A DNA stretch of 64,000 bases, taken from assembly GCF_009914755.1 (NCBI RefSeq), contig NC_060925.1. One strand, 5' to 3'. The stretch comes from the human T2T-CHM13v2.0 reference genome, Homo sapiens. Shown piece by piece: positions 1 through 13,825 of this stretch (positions within the stretch are counted from its first letter, which is position 1; the number at the start of each line of letters is the position of its first letter). The notes below the pieces were generated by a model that was given only the letters and a program-made list of their open reading frames with translations, was not told the DNA's origin and did no database searches. Position numbers and translations under genes: made by a program.

Positions 1-227
1 CTCCCTATAAACATAGCAAAAACTGACAGACACTAGTGTTGGAAACATTTTCAGTCCTGTGATTGTGGTTTGAGTTTTGGATGTAGCTCACAGTAGATGG
101 ACCTTGGTAGCCAGGAAGATAATAGTATTTTTTATGAATCAATAATGCCTTAGTTTACAAGTCTAGTTTTAGGTCCTTATAAATGTGCTTAAAAAGACAA
201 GATACAGACTGTAAAGTTGAAAAAGTT

Positions 228-632
228 AATAACCCAATTTCAGTTCTACTTGTGTCAGTTATGAGCCACATGATCTTGGAAAAATAGTTTATCTGAGCTT
301 TAGATTTCTTATCACTAAAGTAAAAATAATTTTAAAAAAGCAATTGCTGTTTATCTCGCATTCACCATGGGTCTGCTTGTATTCTAAGTGCTTTACAAAT
401 ATCAACACATTTAATTATAAGAAAATTGTGAGATAATATTATTATTTTTATTTTATTGATGCAGAGACTGAGGTATCACAAGGTAAATCACTTCCTCAGT
501 GTCACAAGAAGTAAGGGGTAAATGGGAGAGCAGGCAGTCTGGCTCACATCTATGTATGTTTTTAACTACTCTAATGTTAATTATGCCACCTTAGAGGGTT
601 TTATGAGGATAGAGGAAGATAAAAATATTTGC
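228..632. mobile_element. Nested MIR SINEs: a plus-strand MIR interrupted by a minus-strand MIR (~357-572)
   Basis: Outer MIR core 'tctgagctttagatttcttatcactaaagt' resumes as 'ccaccttagagggttttatgaggat' after an opposite-strand MIR containing 'gatgcagagactgaggtatcacaaggtaaatcacttcc'. Confidence 0.55.
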
Positions 633-1149
633 ACTCTTCATTTATTGCTTAACAAAAGTGCACATGGTTGATACGTGAGGTCTTATCAGGAGCGTGAGCC
701 ATTACTTCCTGAGATAGCCGAATAGTTTGTTCATGTGTGTCCTGGCCTATTGCTTCTTCCTTATGAGATGAGAAATAAATTTCTAGAATAGACCCTGGCC
801 TGGGAATCCAGCATAGTTCTTTAATGAATGAGATTTTAAGGTAGGTAGGAATTGGTTTCTACATAGGGTCCTGGGAAGAGGAATTGATATCGTTCTGGGA
901 TGGTATCATGGTTGAACATGAATGTGTTATGTCTTAGGATTTGCCTGAATATATGGCCAACACTTTTTTTCTCAATCAGGTAATTATTTCCTTGGATGGT
1001 CTACTATTTTAAATAGAATGAAAAAGAAAAAAAGTTGTAATTTAGGATAGCTCATAGAAAGAAAAATGTCAATTCCTTAAAATGGATGTGAAAGAGAAAA
1101 AAAAAGTGAGGAATTTGATTTATGGACTGAATCTGATTTATGCACTGAA

Positions 1150-1518
1150 TTATCCAGAACAGTCTAATCCCTGGAAAAAAAATAGAAACCTCGGTGACTC
1201 AACACAATAAAAGCTTATTTTGCACCATGGTCTGGTATGGGACCTTTGGGGGCATCTCTTCTCCAAGCAGTGACTTTGGAATTCTGGCTCCTTCTATCTG
1301 TGGCTCTGCACTCCCCTAGGTCCTTAGAAGAGAAAGAGAGTGGGAACATTTTATAAGCCAAACTTATCAGTGGCTTACACTGTTCTGCTCACATTTTGTT
1401 TATCAGATCTCAGACACATGCCTCAACCTAAGCATAAGGGAGACTGGGAAATGTAACCCACCTCTGCCAAGGAGAAAAAAAGATACAGTTCAGGGGACTA
1501 CTTATTAGTCTGCCACAG
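1150..1518. mobile_element. Old MaLR LTR fragment (MLT1-like)
   Basis: 'ggtgactcaacacaataaaagcttattt' start and 'tagtctgccaca' end resemble old MLT1 LTRs. Confidence 0.45.
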
Positions 1519-1599
1519 GAAACTAAGCTCAATAATCAAAGAACAAAAGATAGCTTAGTTTCTCTGGTAGATCATATTTTTGGCCCTAATTATTTATTC

Positions 1600-2030
1600 T
1601 TTGATTCCCTCTGAGAGATTAGACATTCTCCCCAATTTCATGTAACTTGCAGAGTCCCCAACTGTGGAAGGAATATACTTGCTCTCTCCATTGAAATTAA
1701 ACTTGCTATGCTACTTGCTTTAGCCAATAAGATGCAAATTATACCACTTTCTGGCAGAAACTTTAAGAGCCATTGAATTTTTGGCTACTGCTCCTTTTTC
1801 TGTGCCATAAGAACAGCATGTCCCCGAAAGAGCTGGTCCTTCAACCTGTACTCTGGAATGAGAAGACCTGTAGAGCAGAGCCAAATAGAGCTGAATAGAG
1901 TAGATTGGAGCTGCAGCAGCTGCAGCTAACCAACAGCTTCCAGTATAAAGCAGGAGTTAGGAAATCAATGCTTGCTCTGAAAAGCCACTGACAATTTAGA
2001 GTTATTTCTCATATCAACAAATTGAACTAA
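1600..2030. mobile_element. Old MaLR LTR fragment (MLT1I/J-like)
   Basis: 'cttgctttagccaataagatg' and 'gaaatcaatgcttgctctgaaagccactgacaatttagagttattt' match MLT1 3' motifs. Confidence 0.45.
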
Positions 2031-2430
2031 AAAGTCTTCATTTGGCATATGAGTAATTCCATTGCAGGTAAGAACATTAAAGTTGGAGCAGTGCTGATGA
2101 GTAAGAGATACAAACCAATCTTTATTTTTCAGAGCTGACTCTCACAATTGATGTTAGTTTATATTTGAGGTATGTAAAGGCCCTCTACTTATTCTGCAAA
2201 TAGTCAATCAACTAGCCATGTCATTCTCCTCCAACTGCTTTATTTCTAACTGAAATGAAATTTCTAGCAATAAGGTCACTAAGTAGTCAGAAACTAAACA
2301 TGTTGTTAATAATGATAATTATGTACAAATTATCATTCTAAGAATAGGTAAATATTATTAAGGGAGAGTGAGAAGGCCTGGGAGCAGGGATTAATTACAG
2401 ACAGTCTTCCAGTAATTTAAGAACAAATAT

Positions 2431-2720
<290 letters not shown>

Positions 2721-3377
2721 ACCCCACACATAGTAAAAATTGCTGTAATATTTTTAATACCTTGGGATATTAAAAGCAAAGTTTTGAGCAAGTAGAACAA
2801 AAATAGTTATGTTTTAATAAAAGAAGGAGAATAGGACGTGTCAGGGGCATATTGAGGACTAGCAGGCCTGAGTAGAGCTCTGAGGACTGCTGGGGAGGAA
2901 ATGGCACAAGGACTGGGGGGTCTCTGGATTGGGACGGTGGGTAATTAGGAAGCTATTGGGGTATAAGAGGAGTACTTTATCCATAGTTGGCCCTATTTAC
3001 CATTGTTGACAGATTTTACAAATAGTTTGAACTATATAGTGATAAAACTTGGATGAAAATATCATAAATTCATTGGCTATTGGTTATATAAATGGAATCA
3101 TTACAATGGTTATATAAGTAGATTTGAGATTTGCCATTAGTTTTTTTTTTCTTTAAAATATTAGGCTATACGCTATAATGTAAATTGATGTTTTTCTGGC
3201 ATATTTGTTTATTAAAATTATGTTGTATAGTGTAGTTACATGTTTGGGCATAAGCTCGGATAGGGTATAAGGTTTAGATGAGCACTAGGTCATCTTAATG
3301 ATATCACATTTGGTTTGAATTGAATGATATTCTGATGTTGGGCAAACTTTAGGTTTGACCCTGGGTGATGTTAGTGG

Positions 3378-3740
3378 TAGGTTTCTTTTACTGGTTGCAA
3401 ATAACAGAAAATCCAACTTGAAGTAGCTTTCATGATAAAGAAAATTTGTTGTTCACATCACTGAAAACACTAGAGCCATGTCAGGTTTCAGGCTTGGTTT
3501 AATAATAAACTGGCTTTGACTCGGTTTCTTTGTGATATTGTCTCAGCTCTGCCTTGTGTCATGTGTCTGCTGTCATCTTAGGCTGGCATCCTAAGTATGA
3601 CTGCCAGCAATAATCTGGGCTTCATGCTTCTTCCTTTGCATTCAGGAGTAGGAGAGTGATTGCTTTTCACACTAAACTAACAAAATTCTTCAACTTTACT
3701 CTGATTCTTCCAACCTGAACCTGTCATTGTGTCCAGGGTA
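3378..3740. mobile_element. Old MaLR LTR fragment (MLT1K/L-like)
   Basis: 'ggttgcaaataacagaaaatccaacttgaagtagcttt' is typical of old MLT1 ends. Confidence 0.5.
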
Positions 3741-5664
3741 AGCTCAGGTGCCAGTCAGGTTTTGCTCACTTCTGAAGCAACCACTGTGATAAAATGAAGG
3801 AAATTGGATTCCTTGACTTACGCTACTCAAACTACATGGCTGATACGCAATGGGGAAAGGGTAGTTCCTTAAAGAAAGATTCTTAGGTAGTAGGCAGAGT
3901 GGGGATAGTTCTTGGGTAAGCAACTGATGAATGTCCTGTGCAGATGACATGGATTCTGTTACCAACTCTTACTTCCAGGCTTGTTGAGGGAAGTGGAACA
4001 ATTCAGGGCTTCAGAGACAAGCCCATCTGCATTCTGGCCTCATTTATGTCACATACTAGTGCATAACCTTTACAACTCTTATAAACATCAATGTTCTTAT
4101 CTGTGAAAAAGAAATTATCAATATTTTCTTGACCTCTAGACATCAGTGCTTTCCAGATTTGCCATTAGCTAATGAATAGCAATAATGTAAAATGTAAGAT
4201 GCATCTCAATTTCAGCAAATGTAAAATATTTTTAACAGTGAATCTTGGATCTGAAGATTTGGTAGTGGTATGGCTTGACATTGAGGTTTGTTTTAAAGAT
4301 TTGCTAACATGGCATGTGGTAGGCAAGAAAATATTGCATTATTATCCATCTTACTTGGGCCTGGTTAGTTATTTTGATGGGGGTTTATCACCTTGGTTTC
4401 AGTATTAAATTTTTCTCAAACTGGACATGAGTATTTGGGCAAGCATTTCTGTGCTTTCACGTATGAAATGAGTGGTTTGGATTGGATGATCTCTAAGTTC
4501 TTCCAGTTTTGTAGCTGTGAATGCTGGCACTAATCCACATTCCTACAACTAACCTGAAATTTAAGCAGCCTCTGAGATTTAGAGGGCAAATGGCTGAATG
4601 GCCTTTTCCTTCTAAATTATGCTCAGTGTTGGCCCACAGACCCATGAAAGCCAAATCACCTCTGTCTGGTTTGCAATATTGCTGGCACCAAGCAACTCAC
4701 CTTTTAACAAACCAATGTGGAAAACTTCCAGTGCATCTGCCACTCTAATTTATACTTTAGAGGATAAGGCTGTCTGGAAAGACCATGGAAATGACTAAAT
4801 TTATTCCCATTTGTTCAATTACAGTGTCCCTTTTAGAAAAGTAGTTTTGTTGTTCAAGATTTGAGTATTCACCCTTGTTCCTGGAAGAGGCATATGCTGT
4901 CCATAAGACTAGCAACATGAAAGTAGTTAACACTTTGACAACATCTGCAAATTTTCCCCTAAACAATTTTTCTAAAGAAGTATAAGTCAAAAGTCTGCAT
5001 GTCAAAGACCGCACTGCTCTAAAGATTCTGCTTTTCTATTTATGACCAAAAGTTCAATGGTAAGAGGGAAAACTGTCCATTTTTTTCTAATCCTTTCCTC
5101 ATCCCATTCGTTTTAGATGTATGACCACCTTCCTGCTAAAAATGAGATGACTCATCTTATTTCTCCATCTCCTTGTTTATAATGAGCCCTGTTTTCTAGC
5201 CATGTAAGAGCCATGTAAGAGCAAGTTAGGCCCTTTGGGAAGTGGAATTAATACTTTTAGGCCAATAATCTCTCAGTAAGTGTAATCAAGCAGCTATTCA
5301 CCAAGGATTGTACATAACACAACTTTGTAAGTGTACTGAATAGCTCCTGAAGAGTTAATTCTTCTGGAAAAGGAGAGGGGAAGAAAAATATTCACGATAA
5401 CTATATCAAGTCTTTGCCAGGCATTTTCACATATATTAATGTATTTATTCCATAACAGTATTAGAAAATAAGCAGGATTATCTCTATTTCTGTCTGAGAA
5501 AATGGAATTTCAGATGGAATATGAAACCCAGGGCCAATAAATAAAAAATCATAATCATAAGCATGCAAATTTGGCTACAAAGCTTTTTATGCTCTTCTTA
5601 ATGCACTGTGATAATCTGAATTTTCATTTTACAAAATTGTGCATTGATCATTGTAATAACAACA

Positions 5665-6050
5665 CATTGAATATTTACTCTGGGTCAGGCATTATGCCAA
5701 GTACTTTACATGCATTATTTCATTCAATTCTCATAACAAACCCTTCACTTTTTTTTTTTTTTATTATACTTTAAGTTTTAGGGTTCATGTGCACAACATG
5801 CAGGTTTATTACATATATATACATGTGCCATGTTGGTGTGCTGCAACCATTAACTCGTCACTTAACGTTAGGTATATTTCCTAATGCTATCCCTCCCACC
5901 TCCCCCCACCCCACAACAGGCCCCGGTGTGTGATGTTCCCCTTCCTGTGTCCATGTGTTCTCATTGTTCAATTCCCACCTATGAGTGAGAACATGGGTGA
6001 CAAACCCTTCGCATTATCTTTATTTTGGAGATGAAGAAATAGAGCTAGTA
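5665..6050 (-). mobile_element. MIR SINE split by an L1PA insertion
   Basis: 'gccaagtactttacatgcattatttcattcaattctcataacaa' continues after the L1 as 'attatctttattttggagatgaagaaatagag'. Confidence 0.6.
5749..5999 (-). mobile_element. 5'-truncated L1PA (about PA4-5) 3' UTR with TSD
   Basis: Poly-T followed by 'attatactttaagtttt' L1 3' end. TSD ACAAACCCTTC at 5736-5746 and 6000-6010. Confidence 0.93.
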
Positions 6051-6229
6051 AGGAGCACAGTTTCTATTCTCTTCTCTACACTGTAGCCAGATATTTTTTA
6101 AAAGATGAAAATCTGATTATGTCATTCTCTTGGGTGAAATGTTTCAGGGGTTTTCCCTTCTCACAGGTATTGTGTTGTTCGACCCCAGCTGGCTCTCCAA
6201 TCCCTTCTTGCTTCACTTCTCCCCACAGC

Positions 6230-6555
6230 TCTTTGCGCTGCAGCCTCCCTTGTCTTATAGTGGGGTTCCCTCTTGCAAGAACATTCTCCTCCCCACCACT
6301 CTGTCCACTGTATTCACTGGGCTAACTCATTCTTTAATTCTCATAACATTGTTACAGAAATTGTCCAGGCCAACACAGGACCAAGACCTTCTACTTTTAT
6401 TTTATAGCATTACTCACAGTATAGAACTGTCATTATTTTTATTACTGTAAGATCCATGAAGACAGGGGCTATCTTTGTTTTTATCATTATTCCTAGTGCC
6501 AAGCACACTTCTTCACACTTAGAGGATACATAATGTTTGTTAAATAAATAAATGA
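6230..6555 (+). mobile_element. L2 LINE 3' fragment
   Basis: 'ctgtaagatccatgaagacagggg...tgtttgttaaataaataaatga' matches the L2 3' end. Confidence 0.6.
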
Positions 6556-9239
6556 CTAGAACTGAAAGTAATTTTTATTTGACTACAAAGCTCTTATCAA
6601 TAAGATAAATTGATAGAGAAAACATCTATGCACCAGGGTGGTATATGAAGCATTCAACATTTTATTTTCTTTTTCTTAAATCCAGTCATCCTACTCCATT
6701 TGAGCAATATGGAATTTAGGTCATCCATGTCCTAGTTAGGAAGAAAAAATGGTTCCTTGAAGAAACTATAGGACTTAATGTTACAACATTGGTTATTCAA
6801 TTCTAAAAGCTACAACCAGGTGTAAGAAAGGAAAGACACAGAAAGAAGAATACCTTGGCTTAGTGAGATTAGAGAAGGGCCTCTAAGTTAATGGTAAAGT
6901 TGGGAGAGTTTGACCACTAAGAAAGTTAGATACCAGTATGGATTGCTCTGCATTCACCTCCAAACACTTGGGAGAAGATGATTAAACATTTTAGGTCATG
7001 AGGATTGAGAAAAGAGGAGAGGATTATTAGTTTACAGACTGTCACAGTTGCCTAGGAAACTGTAAGTATGGCACAAGAAGACTTGTGTCACTCCAGGCAG
7101 AGAGAGTAGAGATGACTGGATGGGTGTCTAGGCAGATGGGTCTGAATGCAGTCTTAGAGAGAGTGCCCCAGTGGGGGATGAACACTTAAATATGTTTCTA
7201 TGGACCCCAGAAAAGCAGGGATGATACTGAGAATTGGTGGTCTGAAGAAGTCTCACAGACATGGCACAGGGATGCAGGCACAGATGGAAGCATGGGTTGT
7301 TTAAGCTGGAGGCCAGATGGGGGACATAACAGTCTCTGTGGATTCCAGCAGAGGAGAGTGCAAACAGATGAATGACAGTGGTGGAGATGAGTATAGCCAT
7401 GATGGAATGATTGAACAGCCTGTGAAGGAATGATCGGGCCTCTCAGTGACAGCAGGCCAGGACAGATCAAAACTAAGAAATATACCCCATCTAACCCACC
7501 CTATTCCAGGAAAAGCAGGAGAAAGATTATCTGAAGCTTGGCTGAGTTTAATTCTAGATAATAAAATAGGTTTATCTGGAAGCGGCTAGAGAACGTTTCT
7601 TTCTCTCAGGGGAAATGAAGTATGGAGGTAGAAATTATGTTTAATTATAGGGAAAAATATGTATATATAATTTTACATACCTGAATTTGTGATTCTTGAG
7701 AAATGGTATCTCCTGCAACTCTATTATACTTTTCTTTTTCAAACATATTTTACAATAATTAAATGGCCATGGATTTTAGGTTGTATGAAATCAATGTGGC
7801 TAAAACATACACTGCCCTTCTCTAATTCCCAAAGGAAATACACTTTGCCTTCAGTTCCCAGAATCAGTAAATCCTGTGGTGGTGGTTGCCTTCTTCCATT
7901 ATATCAATAAGACAATAGCCACTGCATAATTCATATGAAGCAAGTTATTCAGCCCTCAAATGTAAATTGCTCACAGAAAAGGAGAAATACCATTTTTTAT
8001 TATTTTTCCATATAATCTGGTATTATTGCATTGAAGATAAACTGCCTCAAATTCCAATTTACCAAACCAGAATACTCTAATAAAAGCAAGATCTGTCAGG
8101 TGGCCAGATTTAGCCTTTTCATTACTTTGAATCACTGGCAAATACAAAAATTTTCTAATATATAATGTTTTCATTTCACATTCTGTTCTGAACTATAACT
8201 AGGGAAAAGTACAAGACTTCTAGATCCAGTTTTACCATTTGGGATGTTGTCCATTTTGTTGTTCACTTTTGTTTCCTCAAAACATAAATGACCTTTTGAG
8301 AGCAGAGTCTGGATTTCTGATATTTTGTTGAATGTTCCTTGAACATATCTCAGCTTCTTCAAGGAATAAGATGCTTGTTGAGGTTGTTTGGCAAAATAGG
8401 TACATTATTTTTATGTCAGACAATAATTCCTTGATTCTGTTTCATTTAATTACTTACGAACTTTGTATAAAGAGCACATAATATTAAAGGAAAATAATTT
8501 TTGCCTTTTTTCTTCCTTCCCCATTAAGAATCCATCTCATTTTTCATTTGAGAGTAACTTAGGACTCTCTCTTCTTCTGTTCTCCTTTTTAATAGGGGAA
8601 GGGAGTGGCATAAAGTAGTTTTATTAAACACTAGAGCATTTGTTCTATATTTCATTTTATTACAATTTCTTCCAACCAGCAATGAGGACAATACATTGTA
8701 ATACACCATTAATAAACAATAAAGACACTTTAAGTTCAAAAGCTGATAAATATCCTTTAGATAATGCTACTTTTAAGCCTGGGTTATTTGCCGTGAGAGT
8801 CTCCATTGATCATGTTAACAGGATAATTTCCAAATAGTTGTTGTACAGATGCACTGCCAGATTGGGCATGTGGGCTCTTAAAGATTGAACCAGATTTTTA
8901 TTTCATGTAAATGACTGAGAAGAACAATGGTAGTGAAATCAAAATTACTTACACTGTTAGATTTTACCCAATTTTGGCCCCTGATGAAAGAGATTCATCA
9001 CTCAAATCAACTGAGACAAACTTAGAAATATATGTTTTTAATTTTTTTGTTACAGTTGGTAGAAAACTAGTTGATTTTCTATTTTAAAATGTTAAATGCT
9101 AATTCCAATATTTATATTTAATGATTGCATTGAGCAGGAAGTGTTTTACAAATTATACAAAGTGTAAGGGAGAAGCATCTTATGTGATCGTACACTGTCA
9201 GCTAAAAGTGAAAATTAGATAAACTCAAAATTATCCCTG

Positions 9240-10270
9240 AAAACCTTTTACATCTCAGATTTCTCAGTCCAGACATCTTTCCTATATTCCAGTCTCATAT
9301 AGTCAACTGCCTGCATCTCCACTTACAAATCTAATAAACAACTGAATCTTACTATTTCCCAAATGAAATCCCTCAATCTACCTTCTCAAATCTGCTCTGC
9401 CTTTCCAAACTCATCATGGGAAATCCATTGTTTCCAGTTGTTCAGATCGAAAGCTTGAGTCTTCCTGAACTCTTATCTTTCTCTCAAACTTCATACACAA
9501 TTAGTCAAAAAATTTCTGTGGCTTGACCTTCAAAATATATTTAGAATTTGACCTATTTTCACCAGCTACACTGGTTACCACTCTGCAGCAGCATCTTTCA
9601 TTCGGGGTTATTGCAATAGTCTCCTCGTTGGCGTTTTGCTTCTGCTCCTTCAGTGTATTGTCAACATTGCAGTTGAAATGATCCTTTTAAAATATGAAAA
9701 GAGTAGTCATTCTTTTTTCCAAAAATCTGTGATGTCTCTCTGATTCACTCCTAGTAAAAACACCTTTACTCTGATCTTCAAGACTCTACGTGACTTGCCC
9801 CCTATACATTCCCATTAAATCTATTAACCCTCTGACTTCTCTCGCTCTCCCTCACTCATTCCCGTCTAACCACACAGGGTGTCAAGGTGTCCCTTAAGCA
9901 ACCCAGGAGTCCTGTTTTCTTAGAACTTTTGCATTGAAAGTTTCCAGTATCTGCAAAGTTCTTCCTCTGTATAGGTGCATGGGTAACTTTTTTACCTCAT
10001 TCAAATCTTTGCTCAAAAACCTTCCAATGAGTCTTACCTTACCCTATTTGAAATTGCAATCTACCCATTTGCCTGGCCCTCTGCCCTGGCTCAGTTGACT
10101 ACCTTTACTCTGTTTTACTCTTTTTTTTCTTAGCACCTAGAGCTTTTTAACCTACTATATAATTTACTTATTTATTATGTTGTCTGTCTTTCCATGTTAG
10201 AATATAAGCTCCATAAATGTGGGGATTTTTGCTTTGTTTACTTCCAAGCACATAATAAGGTCTTAAAAGC
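9240..10270 (+). mobile_element. L2 (L2a-like) LINE fragment, ~1 kb
   Basis: Collinear L2 motifs: 'tccagtctcatatagtcaactgcctg', 'ttattgcaatagtctcct', 'tagaatataagctccat'. Confidence 0.75.
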
Positions 10271-11677
10271 ATGTATCCATAAATAATTAAGTAATTAAGA
10301 TTAATCAGAATGGAATTATTGAAAAGTCAAGGGTCAAGATTAATTATTTTATCATATTCTTATATTTTAGCTTTGGTTTTGCTTTTCCTTGGATATTGGA
10401 GAATAAGGTTTAGTTAAAAGGGTTGCCCCAGCACGCCACCCCGTCATCTTAACCCAGCCAAGAAATGAATACCTGGATACTTTTCTGGTTGGTCTGTTAG
10501 ACTGGTCCCTTGCATGGATATTGGCATCTTCAAGACAATAGTAGGATGGAAGACCATGACTAAGATGCCATTTTCCATAAGACAAAATACTTGATATTCT
10601 CATGATTAAATCAATGGGAAGAGGGATATTACATGTATGTTATAGCTGAATAAACTCAAAGAGAAGAGGTTTTTCAAAATTAGAAAGATGCCCAGAGGGA
10701 GCAAGAAGAACACCATCCTTAAGAGCAAGTCTTGAGAAACATGAGATATAATAAAGTTACCATTAGAGACATGCAAGTTAGAGCCAGGCTTTGGCTAGGA
10801 CAAGATGTTTTTGAGATTGGACACACATCTCCTGCCATGGTATAGTGACTAATACCAAAGTGGGGGAGTTTGCGAAACAAGCGTAAATTGAAAGAAGATA
10901 TTGTTTCTTCTATTCAAATGAGAAAGGCCAACTGAGTTTGAGATTCATCAGGGAAGAAGTCATGGTTTATGCCAGGATGTTGGGTGTAGATCATACTGTA
11001 AGGCAGAGAGATTACAATTCTTTAGAGGTGATCATTCTTTACACTTCGAGTCCAAACAGAATATGACATTTGACTGAATAACAGTCTTCAGGTCTCACAG
11101 GATATTTTTTGGAGCTTCATGAAGCCTATTTAATTTCTGTCCCTTTTATTATCTATATATTCAACTGGAACCTGGTAAAGGACACATGTCTGCATTGTAC
11201 CAAATCGCTCTACCGCACTTTGGAAAATGCCACTTTATTTGTAGCTATAATTAAGTTCAAAGGGATATTTTTGTATGAAGACTTGAAGGAAAAGACATCC
11301 AAAACTTTTAAAAATAAAATCATACTCTCATTATAAGAAGTAGGCTAACTAGACTACATCAAACATTTATTAGCAGATCAGTACTTGGGAAAAATACTCT
11401 TTTTATTTCTTTCCATGCTCTGATGCTTTTGTACATTAAAGAAAAACTTCCTCATTTTCATTCTCTCATCAGAACATCTGTTTTGTATGGAAACTAATCA
11501 ACCCATGAATATTCCATAAAATATGGAACCAGGTTATTTAAAATTTATTGCTTATGGTGTGTACTAATCATAGGTAACTTTACATTAAAATTAGTTTAAT
11601 GTTTCAGTTAATAGTGATCTGTTCTACTTGACAAATTACTCATTGGGATTTCATGTATGCCAATATATTAAAAATGA

Positions 11678-11805
11678 TTTGAGGAGCTTCCAGATTGGTG
11701 AATGAGATGCTGGGATGATGGTGCCCCCCTCAGAGAGCACAGAAGGTCAGTAATCCCCCTCCCTTGGCCTATACATCTCTTCCATTGAGCTGTTCCTGAA
11801 TTGTC
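11678..11805. mobile_element. MER21-like LTR fragment
   Basis: 'gagcttccagattggtgaa...gcctatacatctcttccattgagctgttc' resembles MER21. Confidence 0.55.
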
Positions 11806-12224
11806 AACTTTCCACTCTGTGGAACATGACTATTTGGTTCATTAGGGAAAGAACCATAACAGAAAAAAATGCAAACACACGCCAGAACTTTTTACTTTAA
11901 TTATTAAGATTATAGTGCAATCTTTGATACAATGTGTGTTTTATTTGAAAAGAAAATGCTCAATAAAATGAGAATGACACTTTACACCTAAAATAGTTAA
12001 GAAAAGAGATAAATGAAAAGTTCAGGAAAGCTGAGGTTTATTTTACTGTAATGTCAAATGTATTTTCTTTATTCTTCCCTTCATTTCATTGTATTTATAC
12101 CAGCTTCCCCTTTTATAAGATGCAAGGTATATTTTTTCTATTAAGGTCCTATATACCCAATAGAGAGAAGTGCAATAAACTCCCCCAAAAGACTTTGAAA
12201 TTCTCCCATATGCATAAATTATTA

Positions 12225-12958
12225 TTATTTTAAATTTCCATTTCTGTGGGTAAATAGTAGGTATATATATTTATGGGGTTCAGGAGATGTTTTGATACTG
12301 GCATGCAATATGTAATTCATAATGTAAAGTGGGGTATCTATCCCTTCAAGCATTTATCCTTTGTGTTACAATCCAATTGTATTATTTTAGTTATTTTAAA
12401 CCAGGGGTCCCCAATCCCCCAGGCCACAGATGAGTACTGTCCATGGTCTGTTAGGAACCAGGTGGCACAGCAGGAGGTCAGTGGAGGGCCAGCTAGCATT
12501 ACTGCCTGAGCTCCACCTCCTGTCAGATCAGCAGTGGCATTAGATTCTCATGGGAATGAAAATCCTCTTGAGAACTGTTCTTGCTAGGGATCTAGGTTGT
12601 TTGTTCCTTGTGATAATCTAACTAATGTCTGATGGTCTGAGGTAGAACAGTTTCATCCTAAAACCATCCCCCATGAAACTAGTCCTTGGTGCCAAAAAGG
12701 TTAGGGACTGCTGTTTTAAATTATACAAATAAATTATTATTGAATATATTTTATATGTTATTGAATATATTCACTCTTTTGTGTTGTCAAATACCAGGTC
12801 TTATTCATTCTTTCTATTTTTTTGTACGCATTAACTATTCCCATCTCCCCATCCCACCTCCCCACTACCCTTCCCAGTCTCTTGTAACCATCCTTCTACT
12901 GTCTATCTCCACAAATTCAATTGTTTTGATTTTTAGATTCTACAAATAAGTGAGAATT
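12225..12958 (-). mobile_element. L1MA 3' end fragment interrupted by MER1B
   Basis: 'gggtaaatagtaggtatatatatttatgggg...gatgttttgatactggcatgcaat' and the continuation to 'tacaaataagtgagaa'. Confidence 0.8.
12402..12713. mobile_element. MER1B (hAT-Charlie) non-autonomous DNA transposon
   Basis: CAGGGGTCCCCAA and TTAGGGACTGCTG termini. 8-bp TSD TTTTAAAC (12394-12401) / TTTTAAAT (12714-12721). Confidence 0.88.
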
Positions 12959-13471
12959 AGAAATTATTTTTCTTATAAGTAGCATCCTTGATTATTTAAA
13001 AATACTTCTACATTGTGAAAACACAATGAAATTATCTAGATGTACATCAACTAAGTGATATCACAACAAAATATCTTTAAAAATATATATGTCAAAAAGA
13101 GAGAAAGATTTGCTATCACAGTAGTCTCAATGGCTAATCTAAATACCTACACAGGAAAACTTATGGTATCTTGTTTCATATAACTGTTTAATTCTGTTTG
13201 CAGTGAAGAACTGAGGTGGTTTTAAAATACTGAAATATGTTAATCTCAAAACTATTTACTTTGAAGAAATGTTTTATTGGATTTAATGATTTAGAAGCAA
13301 ATTGTATACTGTAGGCATGCAATAAACATAGATTTTTCTATTTTATGGACATATTGCAGAAAGGGAAATACTATTTTTATTTTTGAAGTACTTTTTCTGC
13401 TGTCAAAAGTAGCCCCAAAAGGTAAGCAAAGTAATGAATGAATAATGAAAGCCTCTGGAATTAACTTTTTT

Positions 13472-13825
13472 CCATTTATTTATTTATTTATTTATTTTAT
13501 TTATTTACAATATGCAGGTTTGTTACATAGGTATACATATGCCATGTTGGCTTACTGTACCCATTAACTGGTCATTTACATTAGGTATTTCTCCTAATGC
13601 TGTCCCTCCCCCAGCCCCTCACCCTACGACAGACCCTGGTGTGTGATGTTCCCTGCCCTGTGTCCTTGAGTTCTCATTGTGCAATTCCCACCTATGAGTG
13701 AGAACATGCAATGTTTTGTTTTCTGTCTTTGTGATAGTTTGCTGAGAATGATGGCTTCCAGCTTCATCCATGTCCCTGCAAAGGACATGACCTCATCCTT
13801 TTTTATGGCTGCATAGTGTTCCATG
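13472..13825 (-). mobile_element. 5'-truncated L1PA (about PA7-8) 3' end with (TTTA)n tail and TSD
   Basis: Encodes the ORF2 C-terminus (MEHYAAIKKDEVMSFAGTWMKLE...LIGGN). TSD TGGAATTAACTTTTTT (13456-13471) / TGGAATGAACTTTTTT (13826-13841). Confidence 0.92.

Noticed and set aside
5198-5222. 11-bp tandem duplication AGCCATGTAAG x2 (a similar 15-bp one lies near 48172-48200)
   Set aside because: Ordinary slippage microduplications.
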